32,000 nucleotides of DNA from Candidatus Nanopusillus sp. (GCA_028275885.1 JAPWTW010000002.1:1-32000); one strand, 5' to 3'. Shown: positions 7,924 through 16,417, numbered from the stretch's first letter. Notes: generated by a model from the sequence alone, not told the origin. Numbers and translations: made by a program.

Positions 7924-8682
7924 CTAATAAATAAAATTACCCGATGAAGATAAATATTTTAATATATTACTTTTCATTAAATTTTTTATTTCTAATGATT
8001 TTTCTAATGCTAGGTTTAAAGCGTCATTTAATTCTTTATTTGAAATTTCTCCATCTAATTGTATTAATGTAAATTTTTTCTCAGAAGGAATTATTGCAAC
8101 TGGTATATCTGTAGACCTTCCTTTCCCATAATATTCTATATATTTTGATTTTTCAGGATCTTTTTTTAATTTTTCAGAATTATAATCTTCTTCTTCCTTA
8201 TTTAAATCTACAACAATTTTTTCTCCAACTTTTCCAACTGCTAAAGCAACTACAAAATCTTTCATTGGAATGCCTGCTAAAGATAATGCCAAAGATGCTG
8301 CGTTTATACTTGCAGTCCTTGTTCCGGCATCTGCATTTAATATTTCAATATATACATCTATAATGCTTCCTGGAATTTCTTCTAATAATAATGCTGGTTC
8401 TAATGCCCTTTTAATTACTTCTGACAATTCGATTTCTCTTCTACTTAGTGTTGGTTTCTTTCTTTCAGGTGTAGAAAATGTTAGCATACTATATCTAACT
8501 CTTAAGAATGCTTTATCATAATCTAAAGACATTTTTGAAGGTTTCGGTCCATATACAGCAGCTAATGCAACAGTATCCCCAAAAGAAAATATTGCGGATC
8601 CTTTTGCATTATCTACTACATTTAACTTTATATTTATTTTCCTTAGTTCATTATATTCTCTACCATCAAATCTTTTTACCAT
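7924..8682 (-). CDS. rrp41: exosome complex exonuclease Rrp41 (RNase PH family)
   Basis: Matching segments: RFDGREYNELRKINIKLNVVDNAKGSAIFSFGDTVALAAVYGPK, LSRREIELSEVI, ILNADAGTRTASINAASLAL. Confidence 0.9.
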   Translation of the reverse strand: MVKRFDGREYNELRKINIKLNVVDNAKGSAIFSFGDTVALAAVYGPKPSKMSLDYDKAFLRVRYSMLTFSTPERKKPTLSRREIELSEVIKRALEPALLLEEIPGSIIDVYIEILNADAGTRTASINAASLALSLAGIPMKDFVVALAVGKVGEKIVVDLNKEEEDYNSEKLKKDPEKSKYIEYYGKGRSTDIPVAIIPSEKKFTLIQLDGEISNKELNDALNLALEKSLEIKNLMKSNILKYLSSSGNFIY

Positions 8683-8684
8683 TT

Positions 8685-9284
8685 TTATTTATTTTCTAAA
8701 ATTTCTTTAACCTTTTCTGTTAATCCCTTTTTATAAGAGTTATTTATAATAAATCTAATAACATCTACTGCTTTTAATATATCATTTACATTGCCATTTA
8801 AATATATTCTACCATTTTTTCCAATTATTATATCGATTTTTAAATTCTCTTTAATTAAATTTAACATTGAAGAATTTTTTCCAATCAATCTTGGAATTCT
8901 TACAGGATCCACTTTTAATATTAATCCATCATTTAATTTTTCTTTTTTCTTAATCTCTAAATCTATTAATTTATTCTTTGTCATTCTTATAATTTGGCAT
9001 AACACATAATCACCATAAGTATATAAATCATTAGGGTCTACTCCAATATCTTTTAAAGACAATTTCCCTACATATGGAGAATTTATATCAATTATCCATC
9101 CATTAGATAATACATCAATTACTTTTCCAATTACAATATCATTTACTTCTGGCATATAATATCCAAAAAGCTTTGTAGTCTTATCCTCATTTACTAATAA
9201 TATATATTTTGAATAGTAATTATTTTCCCTTTCATATGAATTAATATCCTTTTTCTTTAAGCTATCTCCAGGTATTAATATCAT
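8685..9284 (-). CDS. rrp4: exosome RNA-binding subunit Rrp4 (S1 + KH), short N-terminal domain
   Basis: S1-like segment: YMPEVNDIVIGKVIDVLSNGWIIDINSPYVGKLSL. KH GxxG segment: IPRLIGKNSSMLNLIKENLKIDIIIGKNGRIYL. It sits directly upstream of rrp41, as in archaeal exosome operons. Confidence 0.85.
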   Translation of the reverse strand: MILIPGDSLKKKDINSYERENNYYSKYILLVNEDKTTKLFGYYMPEVNDIVIGKVIDVLSNGWIIDINSPYVGKLSLKDIGVDPNDLYTYGDYVLCQIIRMTKNKLIDLEIKKKEKLNDGLILKVDPVRIPRLIGKNSSMLNLIKENLKIDIIIGKNGRIYLNGNVNDILKAVDVIRFIINNSYKKGLTEKVKEILENK

Positions 9285-9285
9285 C

Positions 9286-10392
9286 TTATAAATAATGTAT
9301 TATATCGTTTTTAAACATACTTTCTAACATATATTTATCTTCATTTTTATGTTTTATTTTTTCTGCCTCATTTTCTAATATTGAAAATATGTCTTTTATT
9401 GTTGAATATAAATCATATCCATGGTCATCAATTGAAAATTTACCATTATTATATATTAATTTTGCCCTAATTTGATAATATATTTTTTTGTTTGCTTTAT
9501 CTTCATTTATCTTTTTAATATGCAATAATAATCTAATATTTTCTCCTAAAACATTTCTATATTTTTTATAAAATTTCTCATATAATTTCTTTATATAATT
9601 CATATCTATTTCATCTAAAGATACACCATGAACAACTAGATTATATTCTTTTTCCTTTTTATGTTGTAAGTAATTTATTAATATATCCTTTGCAGTTATT
9701 ATACCAATTAGATTACCATTATCTAATATTGGCAATGAAAATACCTTGTTTTCTATCATTAAATTAATTATTTTCTCTATATTATCATCTTTATTTGCAA
9801 ATATTAATCTATTACTTATTATTGATTTTATCTTTATATCAAAATCTTTCTCATTTGGAGTTCTTATATTATTACTATTATCAATTAACATATATTTTAG
9901 AATATCTGTTAATGAAATTATTCCAGATACTTTATTATTTTTATCCAATACTATTAATCTTGATATACCTTTATCTTTCATTATACCAATTGCTCTTTTA
10001 ATATTTTCATCTTCGTATATTGTATATGCATCATTTATTATTTCATTTAGGTTCATTTTCCTCAATATATCTTTATCATTTAATATCTCTTTTAATACAT
10101 CATATATATTGACTATCTTTATTTTTCTATTTTCCCTTACAAAGGTTACTCTAGAATTCGAACTAATTAATTTCTCTACTATATCAATTATATTATTTGT
10201 TTTTAATGGTTTTATCCTGTTTACTACTTTTTCAATTTTTGTATCTGATCTATATAAATATCTAATTGCTTTAGAATTTTCTAAAACTCCTAAAGGTTTT
10301 CCATTATTATCTGTTACAATTATATCTTCTCCCTTCTTTATATATTCAACAATATCTCCAATTTTTTTATCCTTTGATATAAATACTGCCAT
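9286..10392 (-). CDS. four-CBS-domain protein with C-terminal RaiA/HPF (S30AE)-like domain
   Basis: CBS motifs include ISRLIVLDKNNKVSGIISLTDILKYM and VFSLPILDNGNLIGIITAKDILINYL. The C-terminal ~95 aa (VVHGVSLDEIDMNYIKKLYEKFYKKY...IRLLLHIKKIN...YYQIRAKLIYNNGKFSIDDHGYDLYSTIKDIFSILENEAEKIKHK) follows the beta-alpha-beta-beta-beta-alpha pattern and the D.Y..I....leneaeKiKhK ending of RaiA/HPF. Confidence 0.6.
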   Translation of the reverse strand: MAVFISKDKKIGDIVEYIKKGEDIIVTDNNGKPLGVLENSKAIRYLYRSDTKIEKVVNRIKPLKTNNIIDIVEKLISSNSRVTFVRENRKIKIVNIYDVLKEILNDKDILRKMNLNEIINDAYTIYEDENIKRAIGIMKDKGISRLIVLDKNNKVSGIISLTDILKYMLIDNSNNIRTPNEKDFDIKIKSIISNRLIFANKDDNIEKIINLMIENKVFSLPILDNGNLIGIITAKDILINYLQHKKEKEYNLVVHGVSLDEIDMNYIKKLYEKFYKKYRNVLGENIRLLLHIKKINEDKANKKIYYQIRAKLIYNNGKFSIDDHGYDLYSTIKDIFSILENEAEKIKHKNEDKYMLESMFKNDIIHYL

Positions 10393-10429
10393 TAATCTAT
10401 ATAATAAAAAATTTTTAAATGATTATTTT

Positions 10430-11071
10430 CTACTTTTTGGTATATTCTGGTAACTCGTATAGAGCTTCTGCTGGTGCGATGAAGAAGTATCTCTTTTTAC
10501 GTTTTTTCTTTGGGGGTTCCTCCTTTTTATATACCCAATATAGAGCTGCAATTATAAATCCTCCAATTATAAGGTAAGGAAGTAAACCACTATATATCAA
10601 TTCAAGCATTATTTCTGCTACTATATTTTGAGCAGTTGTCCCAAATCCGTTAAAATCTACTGAAGATGCATATAGAAATGCAAATAAAACAGTAAGAGTT
10701 AGAAGACCAACAATAACATTATGAGAAGATTGTTTATATTTCTCAAATTCATCATCCCCTTTATAGGGTTCTAATATACCAGCTATTAGTGCAATAATCA
10801 TTAAAATGAAAAATATTATAAGTACTTCAAAAAAGAAGAATGATATAAAGTTTGAAGTAAATATAACATCGGACACATTATATAAATAATAGAATGCTAT
10901 TACTATAGAAATTATAGCATATAATTTTTCTTTATTTGGATTATCTCTTCCAAATAAACCAATTTTTCTAAGAGATCCATATAATAATGAAAATACTAAT
11001 AGAAATGGTGCTACAAATGTAAATATACCATATTCTGAAAATAAATTATAAATAAATGATGAGAAATCCAT
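10430..11071 (-). CDS. PFLL-motif membrane protein, paralog 3 of tandem triplet
   Basis: N-terminal YGIFTFVAPFLLVFSLLYG; about 5 TM segments; last TM ...YSGLLPYLIIGGFIIAALYWVY, then a basic/Pro tail KKEEPPKKKRKKR. Confidence 0.6.
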   Translation of the reverse strand: MDFSSFIYNLFSEYGIFTFVAPFLLVFSLLYGSLRKIGLFGRDNPNKEKLYAIISIVIAFYYLYNVSDVIFTSNFISFFFFEVLIIFFILMIIALIAGILEPYKGDDEFEKYKQSSHNVIVGLLTLTVLFAFLYASSVDFNGFGTTAQNIVAEIMLELIYSGLLPYLIIGGFIIAALYWVYKKEEPPKKKRKKRYFFIAPAEALYELPEYTKK

Positions 11072-11072
11072 T

Positions 11073-11693
11073 TTATCTAGATCTTAATAATATTGGGCCT
11101 CTAATTTTTTCTTCCTTTTCTTCTCTCTTCTTTTCTCCACCAACTACCCATACTATTACTAAGAATATAAGTCCAAATATAATTAATAATGCTAGCATAC
11201 CAGATTGTATAAGATAGTTAAGTTCATATGATAGTAAAGATATTAGTGGTGATGCTGATGCAGTTGAAGATTCGGTTATACTTAAAGAATTTATAGCTAG
11301 CCATAATATTATTCCTACAACAATGAATGCAAAAAATGCTCTTAATCCGCTAGGCACTTTTCTATTTGTAAGTGCTAATGCAATAACTAACAATGAAAAT
11401 CCAATTATAGCTATAGTAGCCTTAGGAATAAAAGATAATAACCATTTTAATAAATCTTGATTATATATTGATAAAAGAGCAAATCCAAGAGAAAATAAAG
11501 CACTTAATTTTCTGCCTACAGCATCATCTGGACTTACTTTTAATAAATTAGATAATTCTAATAGCATAAATACTATAGAAAATATTAATAAAAATGGTAG
11601 AACAAAATCCATGAATCCATATTGTGATAATATCTGATTAAAATTTACCTGAGCAAAACTTATTTGTGATGATAATTGATTTAAGTCTGTCAT
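11073..11693 (-). CDS. PFLL-motif membrane protein, paralog 2 of tandem triplet
   Basis: N-terminal YGFMDFVLPFLLIFSIVF; C-terminal QSGMLALLIIFGLIFLVIVWVV followed by a charged tail GGEKKREEKEEK. It has an ATGA overlap with the upstream paralog. Confidence 0.6.
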   Translation of the reverse strand: MTDLNQLSSQISFAQVNFNQILSQYGFMDFVLPFLLIFSIVFMLLELSNLLKVSPDDAVGRKLSALFSLGFALLSIYNQDLLKWLLSFIPKATIAIIGFSLLVIALALTNRKVPSGLRAFFAFIVVGIILWLAINSLSITESSTASASPLISLLSYELNYLIQSGMLALLIIFGLIFLVIVWVVGGEKKREEKEEKIRGPILLRSR

Positions 11694-12265
11694 TTTGATT
11701 TTGGAGGTTCTGAACTTTGGCCTTTTTCAGGTTTCACAGCCCAATATGCTATTCCAAGCATTATTGCAAGAATTACTATTGTTTCTATAAATGGTTGTAA
11801 TGAAGAAAGTACCGGAGATGTTATTGCAGAATTAATATAATTATATAAATTAAGTATAAATATTACTATTAATGTAAATATAATAATTGCAGTTGTTGAT
11901 AATATTACTCTTGCTCTGTTGCTTATCTGTATTTCTCCACTCTTTTCTTCTCTCTGTAAAAATGGAGAAATTGCCAATATAAGGAAAAATACTGTTAATA
12001 GAAATAATACTATATATGGAATTAATGTTATTAATGATAATACTACATTTGCAGATCCAACTATAAAAAATCCTGTAGCTGCAGATACAATTGATATTAA
12101 ACTCCTTGTAACTTTTCCTTTATCTCCCTCAGCAAAAGGGTCACCCAATATTTTATATTTACTTAATATACCATACATCACAGCATAAACTAGCAGAAAT
12201 GGTAATATAACATTAAAGAATCCCAGGTTGTTCAATAATGTTATATATATATCATAAAATGCCAT
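11690..12265 (-). CDS. PFLL-motif membrane protein, paralog 1 of tandem triplet
   Basis: N-terminal LGFFNVILPFLLVYAVMYG; multi-TM; C-terminal ...GIAYWAV plus tail KPEKGQSSEPPKSK. Confidence 0.6.
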   Translation of the reverse strand: MAFYDIYITLLNNLGFFNVILPFLLVYAVMYGILSKYKILGDPFAEGDKGKVTRSLISIVSAATGFFIVGSANVVLSLITLIPYIVLFLLTVFFLILAISPFLQREEKSGEIQISNRARVILSTTAIIIFTLIVIFILNLYNYINSAITSPVLSSLQPFIETIVILAIMLGIAYWAVKPEKGQSSEPPKSK

Positions 12266-12291
12266 ATTTAGAAATAGTGTTTCATAATTTA

Positions 12292-12504
12292 TTAATCTTT
12301 ATTTGATATCTCTTGGTAATATATAGCATTTGTAGGACAGGCCCTTGCAGCAATTTTTACATCTTCTATATCTTCTTCAGAAGAAATTGTATTGTTTTTT
12401 ATTACTATTCTATTATTTTCAATTGAAAAAATATTTTTATTTATCAAATAGCATACCAAACAATTTATACATTTACTATAGTCAATATCTACTATATATT
12501 TCAT
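12292..12504 (-). CDS. small single-cluster [4Fe-4S]-type ferredoxin
   Basis: 70 aa with CINCLVC (CxxCxxC) and a distal ACPTNAI (CP), the layout of Pyrococcus-type monocluster ferredoxins. Confidence 0.75.
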   Translation of the reverse strand: MKYIVDIDYSKCINCLVCYLINKNIFSIENNRIVIKNNTISSEEDIEDVKIAARACPTNAIYYQEISNKD

Positions 12505-12507
12505 TTA

Positions 12508-12717
12508 TTAGTCTTTTATTTCTTCTACTTTAACTGAACGAGTTGGACATGCAACTTCTGCATCCCTTGCTTTTTGTATTAAATTTGGATCTTCAATAAT
12601 TTCAACTTTTGCTTTTGCTTTTCCATCAGAATCAAATTCATATATTTCTGGTGCGATTGCAATGCATGTTCCACAGCCAATACAAGTGTTTTTATCAATC
12701 CATGTCTTTATTTTCAT
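12508..12717 (-). CDS. fdx: small single-cluster [4Fe-4S]-type ferredoxin
   Basis: 69 aa: TCIGCGTCIAIAPEIYEFDSDGKAKAKVEIIEDPNLIQKARDAEVACPTRSV. It is closely collinear with the P. furiosus-type ferredoxin as I remember it. Confidence 0.85.
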   Translation of the reverse strand: MKIKTWIDKNTCIGCGTCIAIAPEIYEFDSDGKAKAKVEIIEDPNLIQKARDAEVACPTRSVKVEEIKD

Positions 12718-12768
12718 CTAAAATATATCGATGTTATATTTTATAAATATTAAAAACATAAATAGAGC

Positions 12769-13596
12769 GTGGAATTAAATGATATTTTTGTTAGAGTAAC
12801 TGATATAACAGACTATATTTTTTGTCCTAGAAAAGTTTATCTGAAAAGGGTTTTGGGATATTCAGAAGAAGATAATGAACAAAAAGTATTTGGATCAATT
12901 GTTCATTTTTTATTTGATAAAATAAATGAAAAAGAGAAGGAAATAATATTTAGTATAAAAGAGTTTGTTGAATATGAAAAAATATTAAATTTATATAATA
13001 GTTTTTTAATAAAATTATTGGAAGAATCTATAAAAGAATTTGAAGAACAAATAAAAAATTTAAATTTAGATAAAAATGATATAAAGATAAAGGCATATAG
13101 TTATGTAATAAAAGACATAGAAGATAGGGCAAAAAATGTATTTAATTTTATGAAAGATAAAGATTTATATGGAATAGAATTATGGGAATTTTTAGAACCA
13201 AAAATAAAGACGGAACTTGATGTTACATCTTTAAAATATAATATAGTTGGAAGGATTGATAGATTAGAAATATATAAAAAGTATATAATACCTTATGAAA
13301 TAAAATCTGGATTTTTTAGAAGAGAGCATATTACACAATTATATTCATATTATTTATTATTAAAGGATGAATTTCCAAATTATGATATAAGAAAGGGTAT
13401 AATATTATATGCAAAGAATAATCATAAAATAGAAATAGAATTTAGAAATAATAATGAAATAAAGAAAATACTTGATATAAAGGATAAAATAATTGATATG
13501 ATAGATAAAAAAGAAGATCCTGGAAAAAAATTCTCTGAAAAATGTAAAAAATGCATATTTTATAATATTTGTTGGAAAAATGGAAATAAAGATTGA
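12769..13596 (+). CDS. Cas4-like PD-(D/E)xK nuclease with 4-Cys cluster (DUF83/RecB family), stand-alone
   Basis: Motifs: N-terminal YIFCPRKVYL; GRIDRLE; PYEIKSG (ExK); QLYSYYLLL (QxxxY); C-terminal CKKCIFYNIC (CxxCx5C). GTG start per the ORF track. There are no other cas genes or repeats nearby. Confidence 0.75.
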   Translation: MELNDIFVRVTDITDYIFCPRKVYLKRVLGYSEEDNEQKVFGSIVHFLFDKINEKEKEIIFSIKEFVEYEKILNLYNSFLIKLLEESIKEFEEQIKNLNLDKNDIKIKAYSYVIKDIEDRAKNVFNFMKDKDLYGIELWEFLEPKIKTELDVTSLKYNIVGRIDRLEIYKKYIIPYEIKSGFFRREHITQLYSYYLLLKDEFPNYDIRKGIILYAKNNHKIEIEFRNNNEIKKILDIKDKIIDMIDKKEDPGKKFSEKCKKCIFYNICWKNGNKD

Positions 13597-14344
13597 TACT
13601 AAAAAAAGTATATATGAAAATATAAATGAAATATATGAAAAAATAAAAGAGTTAAAGAATAAAAAACAGAAAATAGAAAATTTAATAAAAGAATTGGAAG
13701 AAAAATTAAATAATATTGAGGAAAAAATAATTATTGAAAAAAAGAAAGAAGAGATTAAGAGAAATAAAAAATGGTACGAAAAATTTAGATGGATGTTTAC
13801 AACAAATAATTTTCTATTAATTGCTGGAAAAGATTCTATTACAAATGAAATTATTATAAATAAATATTTAGAAAAAAATGATCTAGTATTTCATACAGAT
13901 ATTGTTGGATCTCCTTTTGGTATATTAAAAAATGGAAAAAATGCAAGTGAAATAGATATATATGAGGCTGCAAAATTTGTTGGATCATATTCTAGAGCAT
14001 GGAAAAATAAATTATTCTCTATAGATGTATATTATGTATATCCAGATCAGGTATCAAAAAAAGCACCTTCTGGAATGTATTTAAAAAAAGGCTCTTTTAT
14101 GATATATGGAGAGAAGAATTATGTAAAAGTAAATTTAGAAATTGCATTGGCATTTGAGGATTACAATATTATTCCAGGAGTACCTGAAAGTATAAAAGAT
14201 AAATATAAAAGATATGTTATATTGATTCCAGGAAATAAAAAACCAATTGATATTGCAAAACAACTAGAAAATATTTTTAAGGTTGATTACAATATTATAT
14301 TAGGATATCTTCCTGGTGATAGTGATATACTATCTATCAAGTAA
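13580..14344 (+). CDS. NFACT-R (DUF814) domain protein, equivalent to the C-terminal half of Rqc2/NEMF/FbpA-type ribosome quality-control factors
   Basis: A coiled-coil N-terminus is followed by WYEKFRWMFTTNNFLLIAGKDSITNEIIINKYLEKNDLVFHTDIVGSPFGILK...EAAKFVGSYSRAWK...IDVYYVYPDQVSKKAPSGMYLKKGSFMIYG, the classic DUF814 signature. No NFACT-N domain is present. Confidence 0.8.
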   Translation: MEIKIDTKKSIYENINEIYEKIKELKNKKQKIENLIKELEEKLNNIEEKIIIEKKKEEIKRNKKWYEKFRWMFTTNNFLLIAGKDSITNEIIINKYLEKNDLVFHTDIVGSPFGILKNGKNASEIDIYEAAKFVGSYSRAWKNKLFSIDVYYVYPDQVSKKAPSGMYLKKGSFMIYGEKNYVKVNLEIALAFEDYNIIPGVPESIKDKYKRYVILIPGNKKPIDIAKQLENIFKVDYNIILGYLPGDSDILSIK

Positions 14345-14379
14345 TAACTTTTATAAATTTTTCTATCATACATTAAATT

Positions 14380-16305
14380 ATGGATAACAGAGTAGTGGTA
14401 ACAATAAGAAGATTGTTTAGTTTTTTAATAGGAGTGGTATTATTAGCATTTGGAATACATTCACAACAATTATTAATAGAACCACAAACACAAACGTTAT
14501 TAGCAAACGCAGCAAATAATTTAACATTTATAGTAAAGTTATATGGAGTAAATCAAGTACCTGAAGAGGCATATATGTATTTTAATATATATGCACCAAA
14601 TGGACAATTAATATATCAATATTATGGACCCATATCAGTAGGTACTGGATTAAATATATATCAGATATCAGTAGATCCTTTAGAATTAGAAAAGTTAGTA
14701 CAACCTTATAATAGTTTTACAGTAAAGGTAAATGTAACATTATTATATATGTCATGCCCACAAAATATAATTCCACTACCTTTACAACCTAGAGATCCAC
14801 CATGTTTACAATATGTAGTATCAAATCAAACATACAATTTAACATTTGTACCATATAATTTAACATTATCATTAATAAAGTTACCAGAAGTAATCTCACA
14901 ACAATATGCACAACAATATGGAATAGATGTACAGTCTGTAATATACTTACAAAATGTTGAAACAAATGTACAATCTGCAACATTAACATTAACATTATAT
15001 AGTTCAAGTGGAAATATTGTTTATCAAACACAAAAAAGTGTAGATTTACAACCTGGAGAGAATTTACTAACTATTAAAATACCAAACTATTATTTAAAGA
15101 ATGTACAAGGAAAAATGTATGTATTAGAACAACTGACGGTTGTACTATCTAATGGGCAAGTATTAACACAATATGCAGAACAATCATTCTATATATCAAA
15201 TAATCAAAATGGACAAAATATAGAAGTAATTTCAGTGTCACCAAACTTTAATTTATTGAATAATCTAGCAAATTCAATATATAGTGTAGATGTATTAGTG
15301 AGGAATCCAGGTTATCAAACAGTAAATGTAACAGTTCAAATGTTATTATATGATCAATATGGAAACTTAGTATACAATTTACAAGATTCACAGACAATAT
15401 CTCCAAATTCTCAAGGAGAAGTAATATTGCCATTAAATACAATAGGATTACAACCAGGATATTATAAAGTTATACTATATGTATATCAAAATGGAGTGGG
15501 AATATATCAATATAGTTATACAATAACAATAAATGCACAAAAAATACAACCAGTAAATGTATTGAGTGTATATACAAACACATTTAATGTAAAACCAGGA
15601 CAATTTATAGAATTGTATGTAAATCTAAAATCTAACTTACCAATGGATATACAAGTACAACCAGTAGTAATGTCACAACAGTTAAATGTATTCCAACAGT
15701 TATCAACAGTAACATTATCACCAAACCAAGTAACACAATTACCAGTAGTACTAAGAATTCCAGAAAATTTAACAGCAGGTTATTATCAAGTACAGTTTGT
15801 ATTTAATTATAATGGAATATCACAAACATATACATACAATTTATATGTAAATGGAACAAAGATAGAACCAAAACCAATAAGTGCATCATTGGTTGGATAT
15901 GTATCATTAAAATATAAAGAAAATTCAACAATATATTTAATAATAAGTTCAAATACAACAAAAATATATAATCTATTAATACAGGCATATGCTGTTGGAG
16001 GAAAAGTATACCCAGAACAACAAGAAATACAAATAGGAGGTACATATAGTGAAAAAATACCATTATATGTAACTGCAGAAAGCAGTGTTGTAACAGTATA
16101 TGTAAATATAATAGATCAACAAACAGGAGAAATATTATATTCATTGGTTGAAGTATATTCTGTACCAGAAGCAGCTTCATTATCATTACCATTATCAGGA
16201 TTAATATTCTGGATATTAGTAATATTGGCAATAATAATAATAGCTGCAGTATTAGTAGAATCAAAAAGAGGAGGTAAAAAGAGAAGTGAAAAAGCTGAAG
16301 AATAA
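14380..16305 (+). CDS. surface-anchored repeat glycoprotein (N-terminal signal/anchor, beta-sandwich-like repeats, C-terminal TM + basic tail)
   Basis: The leader is RRLFSFLIGVVLLAFGI. There are many N-x-S/T sequons. Modules recur, such as TLTLTLYSSSGNIVYQTQKSVDLQPGENLLTIKIP and NVTVQMLLYDQYGNLVYNLQDSQTISPNSQGEVILPL. The C-terminus is GLIFWILVILAIIIIAAVLV-ESKRGGKKR. Confidence 0.7.
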   Translation: MDNRVVVTIRRLFSFLIGVVLLAFGIHSQQLLIEPQTQTLLANAANNLTFIVKLYGVNQVPEEAYMYFNIYAPNGQLIYQYYGPISVGTGLNIYQISVDPLELEKLVQPYNSFTVKVNVTLLYMSCPQNIIPLPLQPRDPPCLQYVVSNQTYNLTFVPYNLTLSLIKLPEVISQQYAQQYGIDVQSVIYLQNVETNVQSATLTLTLYSSSGNIVYQTQKSVDLQPGENLLTIKIPNYYLKNVQGKMYVLEQLTVVLSNGQVLTQYAEQSFYISNNQNGQNIEVISVSPNFNLLNNLANSIYSVDVLVRNPGYQTVNVTVQMLLYDQYGNLVYNLQDSQTISPNSQGEVILPLNTIGLQPGYYKVILYVYQNGVGIYQYSYTITINAQKIQPVNVLSVYTNTFNVKPGQFIELYVNLKSNLPMDIQVQPVVMSQQLNVFQQLSTVTLSPNQVTQLPVVLRIPENLTAGYYQVQFVFNYNGISQTYTYNLYVNGTKIEPKPISASLVGYVSLKYKENSTIYLIISSNTTKIYNLLIQAYAVGGKVYPEQQEIQIGGTYSEKIPLYVTAESSVVTVYVNIIDQQTGEILYSLVEVYSVPEAASLSLPLSGLIFWILVILAIIIIAAVLVESKRGGKKRSEKAEE

Positions 16306-16310
16306 TTTTT

Positions 16311-16362
16311 TATCTGTTAGCTCTAATTCATCATTTTTCAGCCTGGGACGGTTTCTTCATTT
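16311..16362 (-). ncRNA. candidate box C/D sRNA
   Basis: The minus strand reads AUGAAGA (C-like) - 12 nt AACCGUCCCAGG - CUGA (D') - AAA - AUGAUGA (C') - 11 nt AUUAGAGCUAA - CAGA (D-like). The guide is GC-rich in an AT-rich spacer. The spacings are those of archaeal C/D sRNAs. Confidence 0.5.
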
Positions 16363-16417
16363 TGTACCCCTACTAACTCAACCTTTTTCATCTATCTAAA
16401 GGTTACCCTAGTAGGGG
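16363..16417 (-). ncRNA. structured hairpin with 3' ACA (H/ACA-like sRNA candidate, or mRNA 3' stem-loop)
   Basis: The minus strand reads CCCCUACUA-GGGU-AACCUUU-(AGAUAGAUGAA)-AAAGGUU-GAGU-UAGUAGGGG-U-ACA. This gives a 9-bp lower stem, a symmetric 4x4 internal loop, a 7-bp upper stem and a GA-rich loop, with ACA 1 nt after the stem. It starts directly after the TAG stop of the upstream gene. Confidence 0.4.

Noticed and set aside
9746-10453. Strikingly long (235 aa) antisense ORF opposite the CBS gene, plus 9795-10001
   Set aside because: The translation is low-complexity I/L/F/S. In this antisense frame, stops arise only from sense Tyr/His/Gln codons preceded by a codon ending in T (or C, before Tyr). 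The spot checks I made show A-ending codons before Tyr. It is therefore explained by the sense-strand codon bias, and it has no independent start context.
12718-14400. CRISPR array or cas operon around the Cas4-like gene
   Set aside because: There are no direct repeats with spacers and no other cas genes in the window. I treat it as a stand-alone Cas4/RecB-family nuclease.
15803-16264. 153-aa antisense ORF inside the surface-protein gene. Similar antisense or overlapping ORFs occur at 2328-2612, 6536-6721, 8145-8699, 8791-9009, 11919-12188, 12345-12533, 14789-15442, 16477-16662, 19274-19921, 22587-23138, 24165-24458, 26840-27139, 28059-28868, 29812-30208 and 31325-31543.
   Set aside because: All are embedded in strongly supported genes on the other strand or in another frame. 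They translate to repetitive L/I/F/H/Y-rich sequence and have no recognisable domains.
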